NCBI RefSeq assembly: GCF_018336915.1
Contig: NZ_CP064923.1
Location: 3,832,388-3,856,387 of the forward strand
Origin: Acaryochloris marina S15
GTDB taxonomy: Bacteria > Cyanobacteriota > Cyanobacteriia > Thermosynechococcales > Thermosynechococcaceae
Direction: 5' to 3'
Length of the DNA: 24,000 nucleotides
The notes below the pieces were generated by a model, which saw nothing but the letters and a program-made list of their open reading frames with translations, did no database searches and was not told the DNA's origin. Shown piece by piece: positions 17,630 to 24,000 of the stretch. Every line of letters begins with the position of its first letter. Position 1 is the stretch's first letter. The position numbers were made by a program, and so were the translations under genes.

Positions 17630-18994
17630 TTAGATGTTAGACAATACAACCTTGGCGGCTTCAAGGGTTTGGTCGATGTCTGCATCCGTATGGGCCAAAG
17701 AGGTAAAACCTGCCTCAAATTGGGAAGGGGCTAGGTATATCCCTTTCTCCAACATTCCCCGATGAAATTTAGCAAACTTAGCTGCATCAGCAGCCTTCGC
17801 ATCGTCATAGCTATGGACAGGGCCAGGGGCAAAGAACATCCCAAACATGCCGTTGATATGTCCCCCACAGACTTCATGGCCTGCTTCACGGGCAATCTGC
17901 AACAATCCAGAGATTAACTTACCGGTCACCCGATCTAACTGGTCGTAAGTCCCTGATCGTCTGAGCAATTCTAGGGTTTTGATACCTGCCGTCATCGCCA
18001 AGGGATTACCAGACAATGTACCCGCTTGGTACATGGGTCCAGCCGGAGCAACCATACTCATAATGTCTCGGCGTCCACCATAAGCGCCCACTGGCAAGCC
18101 GCCCCCAATGACCTTACCCAAGGTGGTCAAATCGGGCGTAATGCCAAACTTCTCTTGGGCACCTCCGTAAGAGATCCGAAAGCCGGTCATGACTTCGTCA
18201 AAAACGAGTAAGGCTCCATTCTCTTTGGTAATTTCCCGGAGGCCCTCTAAGAACCCGGCATCTGGCGGAATAAACCCAGCATTACCGACCACTGGTTCTA
18301 AGATCACCCCAGCAATCTGATCGGGATGTTGGGAGAATAGAGCTTGTACAGACTGCAAATCGTTGTAGGGAGCGGTCAGGGTATTTCCCGTCACGGCCTT
18401 GGGCACACCGGGAGAATCCGGTAGCCCCAAAGTCGCCACGCCGGAGCCAGCCTTGACCAAAAACATATCGGCATGACCGTGATAGCAGCCTTCGAATTTA
18501 ATCACTTTTTCCCGGCCGGTAAAAGCTCGCATCAGTCTCAGGACGGACATACAAGCCTCAGTCCCTGAGTTCACAAAGCGGACCACTTCCACGCTAGGAA
18601 CGGCATCAATGACCATTTCAGCCAGAACGTTTTCTAACAAGCAGGGAGCGCCAAAGCTGGTGCCTTTGTCTAATGCCTCTTTGAGAGCCGTGAGGACTTC
18701 AGGATGAGCATGGCCGCAGATTGCGGGTCCCCAGGTGCCGACGTAATCAATATACTGATTGCCATCAACATCCCATACATGAGCCCCTTTAACCCGATCA
18801 AAGACAATGGGTTGGCCGCCAACGGATTTAAATGCGCGGACCGGTGAACTTACGCCACCAGGCATCAATTTCTGCGCTGCCGCAAAAATCTCCTCTGACT
18901 TGGTTGTATTTAAGGTGTCAGTAAGCAACGTTTTCTCCTTAAGGTCAGCTGACTCGCTGAATGGTTGAATTATCAAGGCTTTTGAAAGGTGCAT
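17630..18994 (-). CDS. hemL: Glutamate-1-semialdehyde 2,1-aminomutase
   Basis: '[19 protein letters not shown]', '[24 protein letters not shown]', '[18 protein letters not shown]', '[18 protein letters not shown]' are classic HemL signatures. The N-terminus may start further downstream than 18994. Confidence 0.97.
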   Translation of the reverse strand: MHLSKALIIQPFSESADLKEKTLLTDTLNTTKSEEIFAAAQKLMPGGVSSPVRAFKSVGGQPIVFDRVKGAHVWDVDGNQYIDYVGTWGPAICGHAHPEVLTALKEALDKGTSFGAPCLLENVLAEMVIDAVPSVEVVRFVNSGTEACMSVLRLMRAFTGREKVIKFEGCYHGHADMFLVKAGSGVATLGLPDSPGVPKAVTGNTLTAPYNDLQSVQALFSQHPDQIAGVILEPVVGNAGFIPPDAGFLEGLREITKENGALLVFDEVMTGFRISYGGAQEKFGITPDLTTLGKVIGGGLPVGAYGGRRDIMSMVAPAGPMYQAGTLSGNPLAMTAGIKTLELLRRSGTYDQLDRVTGKLISGLLQIAREAGHEVCGGHINGMFGMFFAPGPVHSYDDAKAADAAKFAKFHRGMLEKGIYLAPSQFEAGFTSLAHTDADIDQTLEAAKVVLSNI

Positions 18995-19191
18995 TGAGCA
19001 AGTTCATGCTTAAGCCCTATCAACATAGTCTTACATTCTACTGTTTCACTCTATAAGGATCAAAACTATTGAAGGTTGGTCTACATTCTTCAAGTTTGAT
19101 CAGGGAGAAGCGTAAACAATTGAAAAATTTTATACGCAGACAGCAAAAATTATAATCCAGCCTCTGAAAGGTTTCAAGGCCAAAAAGACTC

Positions 19192-20871
19192 TCACCAAGT
19201 CACTCTGTTTCGGAGTTGTTCCAGCAGTTTCGGCCCTATGCCAGGAACTTGATCTAAGTCTGCTAGGGAGGTAAATAGGCGTTCTTGTCTAGCTTCGATT
19301 ATTCGTTCAGCCAACTTGGGCCCCACACCAGGCAATGCCTCCAGTTCCGATTGATTCGCGGTATTCAGATTGACGAGGGTGGCTTGCTTCCCTTCTGGTA
19401 AGACGGGTTGGGTCGTTCCCCTGCCCCTCACCAGCAAATCACCACATTGACGTTGGTGGTCTTGGGCTTTTTTTTGGAGAAAGGCAGGAATGCCTAGACG
19501 GCTACTGGCATACAACCGCTCAAATTCCCGGTGATAATGCTCTGCAATTTGAGGATGTTCCATCACCAGTAGGGTTTCATCATTGCGACGATTGGCCGCA
19601 TCTGACCAGTTGTGAGATCCCACAATCACGATCTGACTATCAACAATGCCAAATTTATGGTGCAGCACATCTCCTTTAGGGAGTTGAGGTGTCCCTACGG
19701 TTTGCAAGGGTGGGGACCAGGGCCGATTTTGGGGTTCAGCCTTGCAGGTCAAAGTTCCACTGCGAGAGGGACTGAGGGTCACTCCTAGCATATCGAGCAC
19801 TTCGCTATAGCTTTGATAGGCAAACTGAGGATCACCCAAGACCCGAATTTTCACCCCTTGCTGGTGCTCCCCTGCTAGCTGATCCACCAAGGATTGCTCT
19901 GAAAAGACAAATAACGCCAAAGCAATGTTCTGTTTGGCTTTAGCTAGGGTTTGGCGGATCAGCCCGTTGGTACTGCGGGACCAAGGCCTAGAGATAGATG
20001 TTGGCGAAAATTGCACTTGCACTTTGGCATTACCAAGCTTAAGAGTTTGGGGTGGACGCCAGGGCTTGTTCACTCCAAATTTGCTATCCGTTGTCCGACC
20101 GGGACCATCTCCCCAAAGGGCCTTAAATTCCTCAGTAAAGAGCTGTGCTAAACCTGGGCTCTCCAGAACGACCAGAGAATTGGCATTCCCCCGACTATCT
20201 GGCTGATCTAAGTCGCCAAGTAGCCCAGACAAAGTAAAGTTGGCCGTCGTCACAATAGTGGTCTGCCCATCAATGACTACAAACTTATGGTGCATCAAAC
20301 CACTTCCGGCAGAGCCATCGGCTGTATCATCCAGCCAAGGGATATCAGCTCTACGGAGTACCTGTAGGGCATCATACTCATGGATTTCAGCTGAACTCAG
20401 CTCGCCATCTTGATTTTGGTCGATCAGCTGAAAATTGGCTTGGTATCGTTTCTTCTGCCGCGGATCCATCCGAGCCACCTCTTGGGACGTAAAGCTACTC
20501 CAAGGGCGGCTGTAGGTATTTTCTAAGATGACTCGGACCTGAACACCGGCTTGTTTGCGGTCTCGCAGGGCCTGGGCGATACGGGGCGATCTCAATTCCT
20601 GTATTGCTACATCTACTGTGGATGTAGCAGCCTGGATATTCTCGACAATAATGGACTCTAAATCATCCCCTGGGCGGGAGATTTGCCGATAGGAATCCGT
20701 AAAAGAATTAGCCAGATTCTGGTTCATATACACCTGAATCTGGCTATGTTGTGGGAGAGGTTGAATGGACTGGAATTGAGGTTGCGATCGCTGCCAACGA
20801 TTCACCCCAATCCCTAGAGCACCGAGTAGGACCAGAGAGGTCAATCCCCATTGCAGCCGCTGCATCAACAA
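19192..20871 (-). CDS. Secreted/anchored PLD-superfamily protein with two HKD motifs, an internal EF-hand loop and C-terminal ComEA-like helix-hairpin-helix domains
   Basis: HKD 1 'HHKFVVIDGQTTIVTTANFT'; HKD 2 'HHKFGIVDSQIVIVGSHNWSDAANRRNDE'; EF-hand 'DQNQDGELSSAE'; C-terminal 'VNLNTANQSELEALPGVGPKLAERIIEARQ...VPGIGPKLLEQL'; N-terminal hydrophobic segment. Confidence 0.88.
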   Translation of the reverse strand: MLMQRLQWGLTSLVLLGALGIGVNRWQRSQPQFQSIQPLPQHSQIQVYMNQNLANSFTDSYRQISRPGDDLESIIVENIQAATSTVDVAIQELRSPRIAQALRDRKQAGVQVRVILENTYSRPWSSFTSQEVARMDPRQKKRYQANFQLIDQNQDGELSSAEIHEYDALQVLRRADIPWLDDTADGSAGSGLMHHKFVVIDGQTTIVTTANFTLSGLLGDLDQPDSRGNANSLVVLESPGLAQLFTEEFKALWGDGPGRTTDSKFGVNKPWRPPQTLKLGNAKVQVQFSPTSISRPWSRSTNGLIRQTLAKAKQNIALALFVFSEQSLVDQLAGEHQQGVKIRVLGDPQFAYQSYSEVLDMLGVTLSPSRSGTLTCKAEPQNRPWSPPLQTVGTPQLPKGDVLHHKFGIVDSQIVIVGSHNWSDAANRRNDETLLVMEHPQIAEHYHREFERLYASSRLGIPAFLQKKAQDHQRQCGDLLVRGRGTTQPVLPEGKQATLVNLNTANQSELEALPGVGPKLAERIIEARQERLFTSLADLDQVPGIGPKLLEQLRNRVTW

Positions 20872-20876
20872 AAGAT

Positions 20877-21599
20877 CTAAAAGCGGCTAAAAGTCCCTAA
20901 CTCAGACTCTTCCAATACCTGCCGGAGAGAATCAACCACCACGGGGGCTTCTACATCTGGGTCTCTAAAAATTCGGCGTGGGGTAATCGATTTGCCATAT
21001 AAATCGCGGTTCTTACCTCTGTTAAAGCCGAGCTTAGAGCCATCAATGGCAACACCACCAAACAGACCACTGCTGCGGGCATAGGTCAGAATCGGTGACT
21101 TGCTGTAATCTTTAGTGGGATCAACCGCCGTTGCTCCCACAGGACCCGCTGTCCCTGAGACACTACCGCCGATATCAAAAGACTTGGACAGTACTTCATT
21201 GACCGTGCTGCGGTTGGGAAACACCAAGACAATATCACTCGATTTAGCCCCAATTTGGAGGCCAAAACTGCCGCCAGTGATGTTGATAAAAGCGGGGTTA
21301 CTCCAAGTGCCATCTTCTTGTCGGAGCATCATCACCCCAGTGCCTCGGCGAGCACCAAATAGGAACCCCGCTTGGATGACACCTGGAAAGATAGCAATGC
21401 CTTCGCTTTGCTCTAGCAGTTCTGACGGAATTTGAGTTTTGGGATCACTCAGAATTTCTTCTAAGACATTCTGAGAAGAGTAAATAATCTTTTCGGCATG
21501 GGCCTGTTTCTCTACATCTGTCGCTGCCATCGTCGGCATAGTGGTGGTGACTACGAGCACTGCTGTTACGGGCACAGCCACCATAGACTTAAATTTCAT
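20877..21599 (-). CDS. SYLF (Ysc84-type lipid-binding) domain protein with signal peptide
   Basis: 'KAHAEKIIYSSQNVLEEIL' hmm-like N-terminus, 'IPSELLEQSEGIAIFPGVIQAGFLFGARRGTGVMMLRQEDGTWSNPAFINITGGSFGLQIGAKSSDIVLVF', typical SYLF. The stop is 5 nt upstream of the PLD gene start. Confidence 0.85.
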   Translation of the reverse strand: MKFKSMVAVPVTAVLVVTTTMPTMAATDVEKQAHAEKIIYSSQNVLEEILSDPKTQIPSELLEQSEGIAIFPGVIQAGFLFGARRGTGVMMLRQEDGTWSNPAFINITGGSFGLQIGAKSSDIVLVFPNRSTVNEVLSKSFDIGGSVSGTAGPVGATAVDPTKDYSKSPILTYARSSGLFGGVAIDGSKLGFNRGKNRDLYGKSITPRRIFRDPDVEAPVVVDSLRQVLEESELGTFSRF

Positions 21600-21853
21600 C
21601 GCTATCTCTCCCTAGACAAGACGAGCATATGGGTAATGACCCTAAATTTGCTGGAAAGTTTCAGCCTAGCCATCAATACTAAATGGTGCAGAAACTTTGA
21701 TACCGTGCATATTTACAACTACGGTAGGGGGCAAACTAGCTTCAATCTCTTATTTTCTAGCCCTTACTTAGCATCGAAATCATGAAATAGCAAGGCTTTC
21801 GAGATGAAACTTGTTGTTTTAGGGTTCTAATTGCCCCCATTCCCCATTTAAAG

Positions 21854-24000
21854 ATGGTCCCAAAATTCCTTCAATTTATTCGTAACCACTACCGATGGAT
21901 CTTCCTCAGTCTGATCACTGTCACTCTATGTCTTTGCTGGGGCTTACTCGATTCGGTAAGGGGCCAACTCAAGCCTCTTCGAACAGAGGCAGCTCCTTCC
22001 TCAACTCTTCAAATCTCGACTACAGACTTAGATCCCTATCGCCCAGTCGGCGAGTGGGTGGGACGGCTGATTCTACCGCCACAATCGGCGGATGACACAG
22101 ATTGGGTCTGGTTTGAGGTTCACCATAGTCCCAATTCCGAGTTTGCCGGTCAAACAGTGCGATTGCAATGGCAGGATAATCCAGATGTCCAAGCCCGGAT
22201 CAAACGGGTACAGCAGGATATCACACTCTCGGCAGAGGCTCACCAAAGCCTAAAGCAAGGCAATATTCACCCAAAGCGATTAGATGGACGACGACAGGTT
22301 GGACCGCTACAGTCCCTAGCAGGAGCAAGACCCACAGATGACCTACTCGTCAGATTGAAAGAGGTCCAAGTCGTCCCTGGCCCTCTTCCTCACCTCGACA
22401 TTGCCGAAGATCCCGTACAGGTCGCTGGATTTAACTATGGACTCGTCAAAATCCTCGGTCCAGTCCCAACCTCTCAATCGGTTCCCAATCAATGCCCTGG
22501 CCCATCTCCTTGCCCCAGTGAATTGACTCAGGTTCGTCACTACAACCCCACCACTCAACGGTTTAATGGCCCAGAAGAAATCGTTCACATTCGTCAGGAT
22601 CAGCCCAATTCAGCCGGTGTCTTTCAGTCCACTCCCAGGAAGTTAGCAGCATCCCCAGCCGGAAAAGCAGGCTGGTATATCTATGGCTCGCAGAATATGG
22701 AGGGGATATTTGAGGTCAATGGGATCGCACCTCGTTCTCTGTTCCAACTCCAGCCCGATCACCACTTCTCTAGCACTGGCGCCGGACTACACTACTTCAA
22801 ACGCAAAGTTTGGCAACAAACGGCTCAACATAAGGGCAAACTCCAACGAGCCATGGTTGATAACCAGCAACGTCAACAACAAGCAGTCTTAGATCAGTGG
22901 CAGGAAGGAGATCAATCCCTAGTCGTACATCTCTTTGGCGGGATTGGTGGTAACAAAGCTGAACCCCAGGCGGTTATCGGTACTATCACGGGTCATTTTG
23001 GATATGGTATCGCGACTGTGATCAACGATCCCTTTACCGGGGAACGACAGTTTGATATTGAGTACCAACAGGTGTACGCCCACAACCCTGAGGGAATTGT
23101 AGCCGGACCCACCCATTGGTCAGAATATATGGGCCATCTCAACCGAGGATGGTTGGGGAGTCGGCCAGTATTGGACGTACTGGTCAAGTCTGAGGCCCTG
23201 ACGCAGCCCTATGACTTTGGCGAGATTGTTCTAGATCCCTTAACTGAGCTAAAAACTCAGCTCCAACTTATGGCGGCACGCTATCGAATGGGTGATGGCA
23301 CAGGGTCTGCTTTGGTCACCCCGGCTAAGTCCTGTGTCCAAGATTCCAGCCAAGCAGTTTACCAAACCATTCGGCGAATCCAATATCAGGTGCAGATGTC
23401 TCCAGCCATTCAAACTTGGTTGGCAGATCACCCACAAGCTCCTCAAACGCTTCGGTTCCAAGAATTAAAGACTTTAGGGAATGCCCTGGAGAAAGAGCTG
23501 GTTCCGCTAGGGATTGTCCGCAGGGATTGGCAACAAAATGCCCAGGTTGCAGCAGGTATCGCTTTACCAGGAACATTTCGCCACTCAGACGATTTCTTAA
23601 CTCAAATTCTCAGCTGGCGAACGCTGATTCCTCGGGTGGCCCAAGATCAAATTATTCGTATTTTCCTCAAGCAAGGCACCCCGCTGTGGTTTCTCAACAC
23701 CAATCAAGTGGGAGGTTGGGATGCAGATATCAGCCCCCTAGCCCCCACAGAATTATTTGGGAAGTGGCCGATCGTTTCCTTTTCCTTCTCTCGACTAGTG
23801 GAAGGGACCACAACGTTCCCGACTCCAATGGGATGGCTCGTCTCAGGGTTGGTTTTAGGAGGATATGGTCTCTTTGCTGTAGCTTGGGGCAGAAAGGTCG
23901 GGTTTCTGGCCCCACCCAAATTTGCGGTTCATGCCCTATCCGTTCAAGTGAAAATTTGGGTCGGCAGTTTGATCATGCCAGCCCTAGTCGAAGAATTACT
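21854..24000 (+). CDS. Large exported/membrane protein, probably with a C-terminal CPBP intramembrane protease domain, truncated by the window end
   Basis: Open frame from the ATG at 21854 with no stop to position 24000 (715 codons), absent from the supplied ORF track. N-terminal TM 'WIFLSLITVTLCLCWGLL', 'GWLVSGLVLGGYGLFAVAWG' TM region, ending in 'IWVGSLIMPALVEELL', resembling CPBP motif 1 (…P…EE…). Confidence 0.75.
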   Translation, partial: MVPKFLQFIRNHYRWIFLSLITVTLCLCWGLLDSVRGQLKPLRTEAAPSSTLQISTTDLDPYRPVGEWVGRLILPPQSADDTDWVWFEVHHSPNSEFAGQTVRLQWQDNPDVQARIKRVQQDITLSAEAHQSLKQGNIHPKRLDGRRQVGPLQSLAGARPTDDLLVRLKEVQVVPGPLPHLDIAEDPVQVAGFNYGLVKILGPVPTSQSVPNQCPGPSPCPSELTQVRHYNPTTQRFNGPEEIVHIRQDQPNSAGVFQSTPRKLAASPAGKAGWYIYGSQNMEGIFEVNGIAPRSLFQLQPDHHFSSTGAGLHYFKRKVWQQTAQHKGKLQRAMVDNQQRQQQAVLDQWQEGDQSLVVHLFGGIGGNKAEPQAVIGTITGHFGYGIATVINDPFTGERQFDIEYQQVYAHNPEGIVAGPTHWSEYMGHLNRGWLGSRPVLDVLVKSEALTQPYDFGEIVLDPLTELKTQLQLMAARYRMGDGTGSALVTPAKSCVQDSSQAVYQTIRRIQYQVQMSPAIQTWLADHPQAPQTLRFQELKTLGNALEKELVPLGIVRRDWQQNAQVAAGIALPGTFRHSDDFLTQILSWRTLIPRVAQDQIIRIFLKQGTPLWFLNTNQVGGWDADISPLAPTELFGKWPIVSFSFSRLVEGTTTFPTPMGWLVSGLVLGGYGLFAVAWGRKVGFLAPPKFAVHALSVQVKIWVGSLIMPALVEEL

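Noticed and set aside
1187-20791. Seven scattered GCGATCGC octamers (1187, 3282, 6894, 12304, 13530, 16895, 20784) as a possible regulatory array
   Set aside because: These are HIP1 sites, a well-known abundant cyanobacterial palindrome. Dispersed and mostly within coding sequence; used only as a taxonomic hint.
1-24000. Defence or CRISPR system, tRNA/rRNA genes
   Set aside because: No regular direct-repeat/spacer pattern, cas-like protein, toxin-antitoxin pair or tRNA cloverleaf was found by eye. CPBP proteins are sometimes called 'Abi' but this does not support a phage-defence claim. A tRNAscan/CRT run would be needed for a firm negative.

Overview
The window looks like a cyanobacterial chromosomal segment. 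I counted at least seven HIP1 octamers (GCGATCGC), and the encoded proteins have a cyanobacterial flavour, possibly Acaryochloris-like (inference only). Supported content: two CPBP-type intramembrane protease genes, one at each edge, the right one truncated by the window and absent from the ORF track; a PLD-superfamily (cardiolipin synthase-like) protein; a cNMP-binding/EAL protein whose 3' end appears to be supplied by an adjacent insertion element; a DDE-type transposase gene with terminal inverted repeats and an in-frame amber codon near its 5' end; a DUF1611 plus alanine/ornithine-racemase-like two-gene operon preceded by a long perfect hairpin; a roughly 1 kb gene-poor region with a 17-bp perfect inverted-repeat pair (MITE-like); a tail-to-tail pair of RRM RNA-binding protein genes; a clpC 3' remnant; a pilin-like/PilX-like exported protein; a small secreted protein; a HAMP-GGDEF and GAF-GGDEF-EAL pair; hemL with an intrinsic terminator; and a SYLF-domain gene coupled to a PLD/PLD/HhH protein with a canonical EF-hand loop. 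There is no convincing CRISPR, tRNA, rRNA or classical defence island. The most interesting leads are the hairpin-led DUF1611/racemase operon, the EF-hand-containing PLD-HhH protein coupled to SYLF, and the cNMP-EAL gene modified by the IS.
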